Source: the human T2T-CHM13v2.0 reference genome, Homo sapiens | Reading direction: 5' to 3' (one strand) | Assembly (NCBI RefSeq): GCF_009914755.1 | Contig: NC_060926.1 | DNA length: 64,000 nucleotides | Shown: positions 44,610 through 57,658 of the stretch, piece by piece | Position numbering within the stretch: the first letter of the stretch is position 1 | How the letters are laid out: each line of letters starts with the position of its first letter | The notes under the pieces: generated by a model | Seen by the model: the letters and a program-made list of their open reading frames with translations, nothing else | Told to the model about the DNA's origin: nothing | The model's database searches: none | Made by a program: the position numbers and the translations under genes

Positions 44610-45579
44610 TAGAGGGGGAAGCAATCAGCCCAAGTTCTTACTAGTAAGGGTCAGAGTGGGGATTTGAATCAGAACATCTAAGTCAAGGACGGGATCACCA
44701 CAGGATCCTGCCTCCTGATGGATTTAACTCCTAAAACCACAGCTCCTCTGACTGAGGTGGGCAGGGGTCCCAGAGCCCTGACCCCTTAAGATTCCCTTGG
44801 ATTCATCTCTTTCTTACCCTCTTTGGCCCCTAAAGCTCCTCCAAAAACCTTACAGCTCCTTCAGAACACAGTTTAGAGCCTCTAATCTCATTAAATAATC
44901 CCACCTCCTCATTTAGGGAAAAGGGAAAGCCAGACCCAGAGAGGTTAAGCATCTCACCTGGGGTCACACAGCCAGGTTGTATTAATAGCAAGCTAGGGCT
45001 AGAAACCCAGGGTCTTCCCACCCTACCAGGCTACCTCTGGTGGCTCCAAGGAGGCCCTCAGACACAGGGCAGAAGCTAGGTTCCCCAGTGAAGTAACAGG
45101 GGGAAAGAGTTCCTAGAAACAAGGTTTCCCCAAATCCAGTGGGTGCCGGCTTCTGCACAGGCTTGTCCTGTTAAAGGACGGATCGTCTTTCCAGGTGCAT
45201 CCTGCCCTAAGGAAACTGCAGGTGACTGTCCCCCATTCCAGGCTCACCAGAGGCATTGAGAAGTGAAGTTTTATCCAAGTCTGGGCCCCAGATCAGGCCC
45301 TGATGGCAGCCCTCGGGCTGCTGAGCTGCCATCCTGGTATCTTCCTGTGGGTTTCGGCCTGGTGGGAGGTAGAGCCCTTGAGCAAAGCTCTGAGTCCACA
45401 TAGCCTCCCTCTGGGGCCTCCTGTGCACATGGACTCCCATAGAGCACTTCCCTAGAGACCTGTGGGAAGCCGACTATTTGGACTGAGGAACTCCTACACA
45501 TCCCTCAAGACCCAACCTGCACATGCCTTCCCTGCTGAAGCCTGACAAGAACATCTCTACTGAGTCAGAAACGGCCCTC

Positions 45580-45580
<1 letters not shown>

Positions 45581-45620
<40 letters not shown>

Positions 45621-45632
45621 GCACGCACGTAC
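45581..45632. repeat. (CA)n followed by (CGCA)n
   Basis: Seen directly. Other (CA)n runs occur at about 11323, 16858 and 38385. Confidence 0.95.
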
Positions 45633-48600
45633 CTGTGTCAGCTTTGGTACCGTGCTCCATGATTGTCTGACTGTGTCTGTCTTCCCAGGTAAGGGGCTGG
45701 CTCTCAGCACCAGGACCTGGCACAGCATCTGACCCAGAGGACAGCTCAGTTCATGATTGCCAGATGGCTGCACGCAGCGCGGAGGAGGTGAGCAGCAGCC
45801 TGCGTGGGGGAAGCTATCCTACCTCTGCAGACTCCAACCAGGGAGTTTTCCAGGCCCTCCCCACTGTCAGGGCCTCAGCAAGTATTCTTGGTCCAGCCCT
45901 GTTAATCATAGATGAGGAAACTGAGGCCTGAGTTATTAATTGATTTATCCAAGATCACAGAGGTTGTGAGAAGCAGGGCCAGAAGTAGAGCCTGGGCCAC
46001 TAACAACGCCCCTGCACCTGTTCTCCTGCCATTGTCTCATCTGTCTCTGCATCTTTCACACAGAGCCTTCATCCCTAGCATGAGGACCCATCTTACAGGC
46101 ACACAGAACCTCAATGCTCCTCACAGCAGCCCCCCAGAGACCCAGGACAGGGTTCATATGCAGGAGTTCACAGGAGTTCACAGGTCCGGAGGAACCCCTT
46201 TGCCTGTACATCTATGACGCCCGCATGTCCACCCTCTTAGTTTCCTATCTGCCTTATTCATCTTTGAGTCTTCCAAAACCAGGACCAGACCCCAGGTTCC
46301 TTTCCTCTCTTTCCCACCTCTTTTGGCCATATTACATCAAATGGGAAATGCAAGAGGGAGGAAAACGGAAGGGCGGCCCAAGCTATAGGTCCAGGCAACC
46401 AAGGGGAGACAGGCCAAACGCCCCAGTGTCTCCAGATCTAAAAGAGCTTCCTCACTGCCCCCTGCCTCCAGCAGAACTTTCTTCAATGTTGCAAGTCCCA
46501 TGGAGACTGGGAATCCAGGGCCTTGACATTCCATGCGCCCCACCCCACCTATCACCCAGAGCCACTCATCAAGAGAGTTGCCATGTTGTAGCCAAGACTT
46601 GAAGGCTGGGAGCAGAGTAAACCCACTGAGTCAGGCTCAGTGAACAGACATGAGCTGGAGTTTGGTCCACACATGCCCCCTCAGCCAGGGAAAAACCCAT
46701 ACAACCATATCGGGTGGCCCTGGTTGGGTGGGTGAATGGATGGATGAGGGGAACTATCAACCTCATGCCATCATGAGCTCCTGACTCCAAAGCACAGACA
46801 GTGGCTTCACTCCTGCATCTCCCACCAGTGAACCCAGTAGCCCCAGCCTCCTCCCAGGCCTGGAGATCCCAGTCCCTTTGCTGAGGCTGCACACATGACC
46901 TATAGAGTCAGGAGTCTTCCTCCCTTCTCCCTATCTGGGCCTGGCCCCTGCACCTTCCATGTCCCAGTCCTGACACCTGCTGGTCCTGCTACAGTGTAGC
47001 CCTGGCTTTCTTCCCACCAAACTCCCCACCCTCCAGAGCCCAGCCAGAGCTGCCAAACCAGTCTGTCCACTCACCCTCCCCTCCGGTTCACACCAGCAGG
47101 GCCAGGCTGAGATCTAGGTGAAACCAGGGCCATGTCTTGCTCACCCTGGGAGCCTTCTGTTCACATGGGGTCAAATCCTCTCCTCAACCCAAGCCCTCAG
47201 GCCAGGTCAGCTGGGGAACCTAGAGCCATGGAATGTGAGGGCCACCGGAGACTGCAGCCAGAGAAATGCCCAAGGTCACACAGTGAATGTTGGCAGGACT
47301 TCCTTCTGCCCCCACCCCCAGACTGCCTCGTATCACCATATTGGGAGTCCCTGGAGTGACGGGAAGACACTAGGGAAGGAAGGAACCGTGGGGAAGGGCC
47401 AGGGGCTAATTTATGCATCTTCGCAGGGCAGGGTGTGGGGCTGTTATGCAAACAAAATGCAAAACTTCACCTCTAGCAATTCTTCTGTGACTTCTCCCCT
47501 GGCTCCAACCCTAAACTGCCCGCAAGCCCCAGCCAGACCTCTTGGGAGGAGGGTGACACCGCGTGGCTGATTTTGGTATTGCAAAAGTCCTGGTTAGCCA
47601 CTTTCCCTCCCCCTGAGAGCCCACGTCCTGAAATCCCCACTCGGGCCCCACTCCTGGGTGCCTTGACAAGCGACGTGACCACTGCCAACCTCAGTTTCCT
47701 CCTCTGTAAAACGGGGATGACACAAGCACCTTTTGGGGGGTGTGACCATCAGATGAGGTCATGCCTTTGAGTGCTTGGTATGCAGTAAGCGCTTTAGAAA
47801 TTGTTCAGTGGGCTCTGAGGCCCAGCCTCCCAGCCTGCTGGGACTTTGACATGGAGGGAGGGGCAAGAGAGAGAAGCCAGGGAGAGAAAGACTCATGAGC
47901 AAAGGCTCCGGGCAAAAAGGGCATGGCCTGCTTGGCATATTTGACATGCCCAACATAGTGAGGAGTCATGTGAGGTGCCAGTGGTTTGAACATGGAGTCA
48001 GGAGCAGAGGAACATGCGGCAGAGAGCTGGGCAAAGGCTGAGCCCACCAGGCCTGGCAGCCGGGGAAAGAGGTCTGTACTCTGTCTTGGGGATTGTGAGG
48101 GACCCCCAAAGGCTTTAAGCCAGGAGCTGACATAATTGGGCTTATGTTTTTAAGTCCCACTGGAAGCTGGTGTGGACGGTGGGTCACAGAGAATAGGTCA
48201 GGAGACAGGAGAAGGCAAAGGTGAGTCAGTCACCCACATGAGAAATGATGACAGTGGAATTGGGAGGGGATGATGCCAAGAAGCTTGGGGACTCCAGCTG
48301 TCCTTGGGAGGCCCTGCAATTGGTGGGACGTGGGGGTGAAGGAGAGGGAAGCATCAGATGGGGCAACGGGGTGAGTGAAGGTGTCAGCCACTGATATTGG
48401 GTGCAGGGAGCTCCTGCTGATTTCACTGTGTGATCTGGGACAAGACACCAACTTTTCAGGCAATAATGACAGCCAAGCCCCGGGCCATTCCAGGAGCTCA
48501 TGAAAATAGCGATTGAAAAGCCTGGCAGACAACAGGTCCTCCGCTGAGTCTGACTCGGGGCCTCTTAAAGTTGCCTCTGAGCTGCCACAGGAGAGGGCTG

Positions 48601-48639
48601 GGGCGTCCTTTCTTTGCAGAACTCCCAGTGCCAAGCACA

Positions 48640-49630
48640 TGCCACCCACACGACTCCCACACACCAACCACATCCCATCCACATGCCTCAAAACACATCA
48701 GCCATGTGACCTCAATGCACCTGCCACAAACCCTCCACACAGCTTCTACATACAGACCACATGCTATCCACACACCAACCACACACCCTCAGCACACATC
48801 ATCCTCACGCCATCCACACACCAGCCACACACCCTCAGCACACATTATCCACACACCAGCCACACACCCTCAGCACACATCATCCACACACCAGTCACAC
48901 ACCCTCAGCACACATCATCCACACGCCATCCACACACCAGCCACGGACCCTCAACACACATCATCCACACGCCATCCACACACCAGCCACAGACCCTCAA
49001 AACACATCATCCACACACCATCCACACATCCTCAGCACACATCATCCACACACCATCCACACACCCTCAGCACGCATCATCCACACACCATCTATACACC
49101 AGCCACACTCCCTCAGCATACATCATCCACACACCAGCCACATACCATCCACACACCAGCAACACACCCTGACCACGACCTCCACATGCCACCACACACC
49201 AGCCACACACCCTCAACACACATCATCCACACACCATCCACACATAGGCCACACACCAGCCACACACCCTGACCACAACCTCCACATGCCACCACACACC
49301 AGCCACACACCCTTCAAACACATCATCCACACGCCATCCACATGCCAGCCACATACCCTCAACACACATCATCCACACACCAGCCACACATCGTCAACAT
49401 GCATCATCCACACACCAGCCACATGCCATCCACACACCCTCAACAAAACCTCCACATGCCACCACATACTAATCATGCATCTTCCACATGCCACTCACAT
49501 GCCACTCATATACCTTCTTCATGCCACCCGCATGACACCCATATACCTTCTTCATGCCATTCATCCTCATACAAGCTGCATGCCATTTCCATGCTACCCT
49601 CCACCTGCCATGCCCACCACACCCACCCAC
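48640..49630. repeat. About 1-kb degenerate CA-rich minisatellite (core ~35 bp: cacacatcatccacacaccagccacacaccctcag)
   Basis: Repeated modules catcatccacac, accagccacac and accctcag, decaying toward both ends. Confidence 0.93.
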
Positions 49631-49795
49631 ATGCTTGTCATCCAGTGAGCTCAGCATCCTCCACCAGATGAGAACAAGGCGTCAGGTTGGGACCCCAAGG
49701 ATGTGTGCACAGCAGAGTCCCAGCCTGGCCCAGGCCCAGCCATCTCATTCCCCTGATGGGTGCTCCCATCCCCCACAGCCCAGACCGCTGCTCAC

Positions 49796-49910
49796 CTTTG
49801 CAGGTGCAGCCTTCCTGGGTGATGACCTGGCGGCAGATCCCACAGGGCTTCACCTTCTTGAAGGTCTTCACCTTGAAGCGGTGTGTCTTGGGGGCCTCCA
49901 GATCCTCTGG
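49796..49910 (-). CDS. TNS1: Tensin 1 coding exon, first part of C1 domain ([38 protein letters not shown])
   Basis: Acceptor cctctcctcccacAG (49912-49911). The exon is 115 nt (38 codons + 1) and ends at donor AAAG|GTGAGC. It carries the H-x12-C-x2-C start of a C1 motif. Confidence 0.95.
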
Positions 49911-50189
49911 CTGTGGGAGGAGAGGCACAGAGTCAGCCCTGGGTAGAAGGCTGGGGTCCTGGGGAAGGAGTAGAGGAGCCTGGGGGAGAGGTAGGCAGGG
50001 ACAGGGAAAAGGATGGCAAGAGCCCCTCAGGGTCCAGAGGAGGGAGGAGGGCCCAGGGACAGAGAAAGGTGTGGGGTGACAGGATGTTCATCCCAGACTC
50101 AGGTGGGGCCCATGGCCTGAGTCCAGACGGCAGCTGGAGAGTCCAGCTCCAGGGACCTGCAGCCCCCGCATGGCTCCTACCTTGGCTTT

Positions 50190-50575
50190 TTTTCATTTAT
50201 TATGAAGGCATGGCTCACACACAGCAGACTGCACTCATTTTAAATGTGTCACTCGATACGTTCCACACATACACCCCACAGAGCCACATCCCCGAAGACT
50301 CCCTCATGGCTCCTCCCAGTCAGTGTCCCCTCGCCCCAAGGTTAATACTATTGTGGCTTCCATCACCAAAGAGTCATGGTGCCAGATTTTTAAACCTCCT
50401 CAAGATGGAATTATCCAGTGCATAGTCTTGCGTTTGGCTTCCTTCACACACCATGAATCTGAGGTCCCTTTGGGTGGCTGCATCCAACACAGCTTCTCCT
50501 TTGTCTCTGCCGTGCGCCGTCCCATTGTGTAGATGCAGCAGGTTTATTTGTCCACTGTACTGCTGATGGGCCTTC
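50190..50575 (-). mobile_element. Old L1M 3' fragment, antisense
   Basis: Contains tggcttccttcacac and tttatttgtccactgtactgctgatgg, resembling a reverse L1ME UTR. Confidence 0.55.
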
Positions 50576-51788
50576 GCTTCTCTAACCCATGGCCCCACAG
50601 TGCCATTTCCCCTCATTCTCTCCCCATTCCACCCTCTCCACCATCCCCTGCCCCAGCCCGGAAGGCTTCTTCCATCTTTATTTTTATTTTCAATTCTTTG
50701 CATTATGAAAACACAGAGATGTGACTATCCTTTTCTAAATGACACCACCTCATGCATGAGAGGCAGGCTGGTGGCCCAAGCCTTCCTCTGAGCCTGACTT
50801 ACCATAAAGCCCTGGGTCAGTCACCACTCCACCACTACCACAGGCCTCAGTTTCTCTCTCTGGATGGCACCACACCCCTGGAGCTCTGATAGTCTGTCCT
50901 TTGAAATCACATATGGGAACATGCTCTAAGATGCAAAGCCCTGCACAGACACTGCCCACCTTTTGGGCCCCACTGCGGGGCAGGGGGGCCTATTCAGAGG
51001 ACTCCCCACAGAAAGCATCCCCTGCCCCAGGCACTCACCCTGGGGTCTAACCTGATTCCCTTCCCAGCTGTAGCAGGAGGGGGCAAGACACAGACACCAG
51101 CAGCTCCCTCTCTCCCCTCTCCCAGGCACAGACCTCTCTGACACCCCTCCACACACGTGGGCGCACACACAGAGACATGATCCCAGCCTTGCAGTGTGCA
51201 GAGCAGGTGGGAGGAAAATCCACTCATTCCTGTTCCCCTCCTTGCACCTGCTCCAGAGCCCCCTGGGTCTGAAATAGAGGCTGGAGAGGAGGACTGTGAG
51301 TCCAGAGGAGGGAGAGTGATGGTATCCCACACACAAGCCAGCGTGTCTAGGACTCCTATCTGAAGACACTGCAGAGGTGAGTCCTGAGTGACAGAGACTA
51401 AGCCATAGAAAGACAGAGAGAAAAACAGACAAAATGAGACCGAGTCAGAGGCAGAAAGCCAGAGAGGCAAAGAGGCAAAGGCATAGAAAGAGAGGGGGAC
51501 AGAGAGAAAGAGAAAAGGACAGGGGAGAGAGAGGGGTGCGGGAAGCAGACAGGACAGAGAGAGAGGAGCAACAGACAGACAGAGAAGAAAGAAAGACCAA
51601 GATAAAGGCAGACAGAGAGAATGAGAGAGATGAGACAGAGACACGCAGAAACTAACAAGGGGGTCAGAGAATGAAAGAGAGACAGAAGGACACAGGAGCT
51701 CCCAAAGGCCAAATCCAGGAAGATCAGAGCATCAAAATACATGATGATAGGAATGGCTTAAATGCGTCTTTGCTGACGATCAGAAATG

Positions 51789-52110
51789 CAGTCATCGCCA
51801 CATAATGACAGTGGTCCCATAAACTTATGATACTGTATTTTTAGTGTCCCTTTTCTACATTTAGATATGTTTAGATATACAAATACTTACCACCTGTTAC
51901 AGTTCCCAGCCTACAGCGTTCAGTACAGTGACATGCTGTGCGGGATTTTAGCCCGGGAGCTACAGGCTATACCATACAGTAGCATAGGTGTGCAGTAGGC
52001 TGTACCGTCTGGGTATATATAAGTACTCTCTATAGTGCTTGCACAATGACAAAATCCCCCAACAACACATTTCTCAGAAGGTATCCCCATTGTTAAGTGA
52101 CTCATGACTG
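51789..52110. mobile_element. Tigger3a/MER7-like TcMar DNA transposon
   Basis: TIRs cagtcat and atgactg followed by TA. Internal tttagatatgtttagata and aggctataccata motifs. Confidence 0.85.
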
Positions 52111-52112
52111 TA

Positions 52113-52795
52113 ACTGAATAAACAAAATTTGATAAGGCACAAGATACTTACGTCATCTCCAAGCACCTCCCCACATTATACTTAGAAATTACAAAGAAGA
52201 AGAAAGTAACTTTTCCTGGCTTCCTCCACTTTAATCAAGTGATCAAAGTTAACATCACTGCAACGGTAATGGGATGATGAAGCCAAGCTGGGAGCAGGGG
52301 TGCACTGAGAACAGACGCCGCTTCTGCGGTATCCCTGCCAGAAAGCCTCAACCTGAACCTAATCATGAGGAAACATCAGGCCAACCCAAACTAAGGGACA
52401 ACCTACACATTAAACGTCTTGGAATCTCCGAAAGTGACAAGGTCATGAAAATCAAGGAAAGGCTGAGGAGCTTTCCAGACTGAAGGCAGCAAAAAGACTT
52501 GGCAACCGAAAGTAACGGCGGCTTCTGAACCAGATTCTGTTGATGCCCACAAGGACATCACTGGGACCACTGGCGGGACTTCCCTGGGTCTAGACTGAAT
52601 GGTATTAAAGTATCCATGTCAATTTCCTGATTTTGATAGCGGGGCTGGTCAGGTAAGAGAGTCCTTGTAGAAAAATCAGGAAAGTATTTAACGGTGGTGG
52701 GGCATCATGTCAGCAACTTACTCTCAGAGTTCTGGAGGGGACAAATGTTCTTTGCACTGTATTTTCAACCTTTCTGAAGTTGGTTAGAAATTCAA
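52113..52795 (+). mobile_element. L1MC-type 3' fragment
   Basis: Contains ctaatcatgaggaaacatcag..aacccaaact, ttcctgattttgata and tgttctttgcactgtattttcaac. Confidence 0.75.
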
Positions 52796-52890
52796 AGAGA
52801 GAAGCAGACAGAGACGTCAGGGATGGGGGAGCAGAGACAAAAGCCCAGGCTAGAAGTGGGGACTGCGGAGGGTGGGGAGCTGGAGCCCAG

Positions 52891-52909
52891 CAGTGCCCCC
52901 TGGTGGTCA
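52891..52909 (-). promoter_or_regulatory. CTCF-binding motif
   Basis: The minus strand reads TGACCACCAGGGGGCACTG, near-identical to the CTCF core CCACCAGGGGGCGC. Confidence 0.7.
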
Positions 52910-55900
52910 GGGAGGCCTCTGAGGGGTAGATCCAGCCAGCCACCTCCTGGGTTCTGATATTCCAGAGAGCTAGGTTCTAGGAGCTTTGGCTGGGGCTGGG
53001 GTGAGGGTGGGGCAGCTCTGGGCCTCACTCTCTGACCCCCATCCCACAAGAAGGGGCAGGTAAGTCTCCTCTGTTCATCTATCTCACTTCCCCTGGTTTC
53101 CGTCTCGGGCCTGGACTTGGGGGACTTCCCTTAGATTTCTGCCACAAACATTCCAGGGTGGGGGCCCTGGTCAGTGTCAACTGCAGCAGTCCAGGCCTGG
53201 GGGTGGGGGAGGTGCAGAGAGAGGACCTGGGGTTCAGTTTAAGGGCTGTCTGGGGGAGGCAGAAAGGAAACCCTAAAGCCAGCTCTCCTGGTCCGACTCT
53301 GGCAACCCACAAGCCTGTCTCTCCCACCCCACAAAGTCAGGCAAAGCTTCCCATTGCCACTTACCCAGCAAACTTCCCTCCCCATGCCCCATATCCAGCC
53401 CTTTTCCCAAACCCTAGGGATATAGGCCTTCTTCCCAAAGCACAGTTGGGGCAGCAGAGTCTCCCAGAAGAGAGCCCTGGCAGCCCAGTGACCCCATGGG
53501 TGGCATGTGCAGCCTTCCAGAACAGCTTCTCCCAGGGGCCCCAGTTTTGCCTGCCCTGGCAGCCCAGCCCCAAGAAATCTGAGTTTACAAAATATTTCCC
53601 CCCTGGGGCCTGGAGGGCAGGGACAGGGCTTCAGGTCCATCTCTGCCCTTGCTTAGGCCTCTCTAAGCAGCCACAGGGGATGCCCCAGGACATTCCTGCC
53701 CCTCAGCCCTACTGAGTTCTGGCTCTGGCTGAGCGAGCACTGAGGGAGGAGTCTGGAGAACTGCCTTCTAGGCTATGTGGCATTGAAAATATCAGTGACC
53801 TTTCCTGAGCCTCACAGTCCCCACATGAAAATGAGGAGTTTGGACCAGACAGTCTGAGTGTAGAGAGAGGGGGAAATGACACAACATTCCCTTTGGAATG
53901 AAGGGACTGAAAGTGATGGGGGTGGGACTTGCAGATGATTCAGAGAGTGGAATGAATGAGGAGACATCACTCCTCCAAGGAGGAGGCTGTGAAACTCTGG
54001 TAGGAGCGAGGGACTAGCTCTGCCACCTCCAGGCAAGTGGCCCCCAGGCTCTGCTGGCATCCACTTAGTTCCGCTGTGAAACAGGGACACTGCGCTGGTC
54101 TTGTTGAAACAGCTGTCCCATAGGTTTGATGTTCCCAGGATGCTAGAGGAGAAAGTCTACGGTCGGTGAGCCTCCTATCCTCAAATATATGAAGGAACAG
54201 TTATTGTAAGTAGGCACCAGACATCATCTGAAGTTCAGAAGGCAAAACCAAAACCAGGGGGCAGGCACTGCAAGAAGGCATAATGAGACTCAGTGGGGAA
54301 AAAAAAAACTTAACAATCAGATGCAAAAATACGGGCTAAGAAGAAAAGCGGGGTGCCTGGTACCTACCCAGCCCTCCCCCCGGGTTGTTCTGCAGGTACA
54401 GGCAGAGGATGTAAACAAGCCCCAAAAAGTGCAAAGTGCTTTTCAAGGGTAGTGGCTTGTTAGGGCAATGATCGTCACTTTTCCTGACAAGTGGCAGACG
54501 GCCTCACGGAGCACACCCCGGGGCCCTTCCTTTGCTGGCTGCAAAGGAACCTACTTAGGGAAAACTCAGGGGCAAAAGGAGACACAGCCACAGCTGGGAG
54601 CTGCCTGGTCTCTCCACACCCACACCCCTCAACCCCCACCTCTCTCAAGAGCCAGGGCCCAGGAAAGGGGAAGGGCTCCAGCCTATAAGTCCTTCTTCTC
54701 CTCCCTCCAAGCCCAGAGCTCTAGCCCCCACCCTGCGACCAGCCCACCCAGCATCAGAGGGCTTTCGTGGCCCTCGGGGCTTCCTCTCCCTTCCCTCCTT
54801 CCATGCAGCCCAGCTTTCCTGCCCGGGCCGCTCAGCCAGAGGGGTGTGGCACATCTGGCTTGGACAGCCTTGGCGAGAGTCCTTGGCCCTGGGGTGGGAA
54901 AGTCTGTTTGTTGGTTCCTCCCTGCCCCGTGGGGGCAGAGCAGCAGTGAGGGTTGGGTGGTGATGAAAGGGGGTGATAGACCCCGGGGTCCCCAGCTCCT
55001 GAGCTCCTCCTACAAAACTCCCTCAGCGCTGCCTCCCACAAGCCTTCCTGTGGCCAAAAAGCCCTGGATGATGTGGGGAGAGGGCCAGAGTCTGCAAGCC
55101 AGAGAAGGGGATCTCCACACACAGGCCTAGGACAGACCTGGGAGGTCAACTCCTGTCGCACTCACTCAGCCTCCTGGCCATCCACTGCCCCATGCCCCCT
55201 CACCCTTAGGCTGGGAGGCCTGGTGGGCATCCAGCGTCGTTTATGTGGGGAAGGCTCAGATCCCCAGTGGGGCTGCCGGCTGGCTTCTGGGAGTCCCATG
55301 GGCACCTCAAATCCCAGCTTCCTCCAACCCCACTTCACCTTTACACACACAAATCCCCCACCCCCATGCCCTAGCCATGTTCTTGGCCTGACCATGTTGT
55401 TGGTCGCCCTGGGTGGAAAGCTCTGAGTCACTCTCAACTCCTCCCTGCACCTCCCCCACCCCCAACTAACCAGTTGCCAAATCCTGTGAATTTTGCCTCC
55501 TAAACATTCATCGTCCTATGCTTTCTAATCCTACTGCCTCTGCCCTATATCAGGCCTTGGCACTTCTCCCCAGGGCTCTTGCAGCAGCCTCCTGGGCCCC
55601 GACACCAGGCCGCTCCCACCCATCGCCCCTACACAGCCTCCCAGGATCACAACTACAGCTCTGTAAGGTCTGGCACCTCCACTCACCCCAAATGCTGCCA
55701 TGTCTTCCCAGATGTCCAGAATAAACCCTGCCCTCCCTGGAGCCAGCAGGAGAAGAAGTATTGGTCCCTACCCAGCCCACCCTGCCAGTCCCAATCCCCA
55801 AGATCCACTTCCCGGCTCCCTGCCCTGTGTCCACCCAGGCTGCTCCACGCTCTCCAGCCACCCGCCACCCCACTGCACCTCTAAGACTCTGCCCAGAATG

Positions 55901-57041
55901 CCCTTCCTCCCCTCTTTGCTTGTCCAGCTTCTAGGCACATTCAAGGGCCTGATTCAAACCTCATCCCCTCAGCAGGGGTCTTCCCAGATACCCCTGGACC
56001 CCTGTCAGAATCCATATCCCTACCCGCTGTCTCCTCATTTTAGTTTGAAAAGTGCAAAAGCTTCGGAAAAGATGAACACGCATGTTCCCTTCTCCTATGA
56101 TCACACTCAGAAATTCAGCATCAATACAATCCCACTGTCTAATACAGTCATTCTACTGCCCCAAGAATGTCCATGAGAGCCGGGGCATTGTTTTCGTTTT
56201 CATTTTGGATTCAGGACACAATCAGGATCCTGAACTGCCTTTAGTGGCTGGGTCTCTCATCCTTTAAACTAGACACGTTATCCACCTCTCATTTTTCTTT
56301 CTGACACTGATGTTTCTAAAGGTTACAGGACAGATGTTTTGCAGAATGCCCCTCGATTTGGATTTTGATCACTTCCTCATGCGTCAGTGCAGGCTAAAAT
56401 TCTGGGGAGGAATATGATTACCTTAGTGTCCCCTGCTTTTCCCAGTCGCTCTTTCTTTGAGCCTACAGCAGTACTTGCTGCAGTCTAACGGCCCCTGCAC
56501 TTGTTACCTGGGCAAAGTGCTTAACTTGCTCTGCCTCACTCTACTAATCTGTTCAATGGACCAATGACAGTCACCTCCCATAGGCTGTTGTGAGGATGAA
56601 ATGAGATTATGCCGTAAAGTCGGTGGAATGGGGCCTGGCGCATGGTGAGCGCTCAGCAGCGGTGAGCGATTCGTGTTGTCTTTTCTGTGTGTGTCAGATT
56701 ACCTGCCAGGTAGACGTGTCAGACACACATCTGCTCTGTGTCCTCTGAGTCTAGCACAAGTCTGAAGAATCACATGGGTGAAGCTACTGCCTGGCCTCTG
56801 TTTTCTGTAGTGAAATTATACCCCATTCCCATGAACCAGCCCTCAGAAGAAAGAGAACGTGGGGCTACACTTGTTACAAGCCAAGACACCAGGTGACCAG
56901 GTACTGTCATCTTCTGGCTGAGGAGATGCTCTTGGTCTCCAAGCACCAGGAATCACCAAGGAAGGAAGGAGGGCAGACAGTGACATTTCCCCAGCACTTC
57001 CCAGGCCACTGCCCAAGAGCCTTTAGCTCCTGACTCAGTTT

Positions 57042-57072
57042 CCTGAGTGAGATAGATGAGTTCTCTCCATCA

Positions 57073-57107
<35 letters not shown>

Positions 57108-57156
57108 GAGCGAGATGAGTTCTCTCCATCAGCATCTCTCTCTCTCTCTCTCTCCT
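57042..57156. repeat. Duplicated unit containing (CT)n
   Basis: cctgag..agatgagttctctccatcag followed by (ct)n occurs twice, with different CT lengths. Confidence 0.85.
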
Positions 57157-57385
57157 CCTTCCTAATGCAGGCTGCCCACATTTCTGAATATCAAGCCCAT
57201 TTTCTGCACTGAAACGAAATCATGTCCTGTCGTGGAACTGCTCAGAGATGGGGCTAGTCTGAGGCCCCATCAGTGGGGCCAGGCACTCTAGTGAGGGATT
57301 GGACTGGATTTCCTCGTTTAATCCTCACAATGACGCCCTGCGCTGGAGTGAGGAACTTTCCCAGGGCCTTTCCTCCATGGCCCTG

Positions 57386-57658
57386 GGCCTTGCTCTGTCG
57401 CCTGGGCTGGAGTGCAGTGGTGTAATCATAGCTCGCTATAGCCTTGACCTCCAGGGCTCAAGTGATCCTTCCACCTCAGCCTCCAAGTAGCTGGGACTAC
57501 CAGCGCATACCACCATGCCCAGATAACTTATTTATTTTTCGTACAGACATGGTCTTACTATGTTGCTCGGGCCAGTCTTGAACTTCTAGGCTCAGGAAAT
57601 CCTCCCTCCTTGGCCTCCCAAAGTGCTGGGATCACAGGTGTGACCACTGTGCCTGGCC
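57386..57658 (-). mobile_element. AluJ lacking its A tail
   Basis: Both arms are recognisable in reverse, ending cctggcc at 57658. Confidence 0.88.

Noticed and set aside
48513-49648. His/Thr/Pro-rich ORFs of 219-295 aa
   Set aside because: All three plus-strand frames are open because the CA-rich repeat lacks stop codons. This is a repeat artefact.
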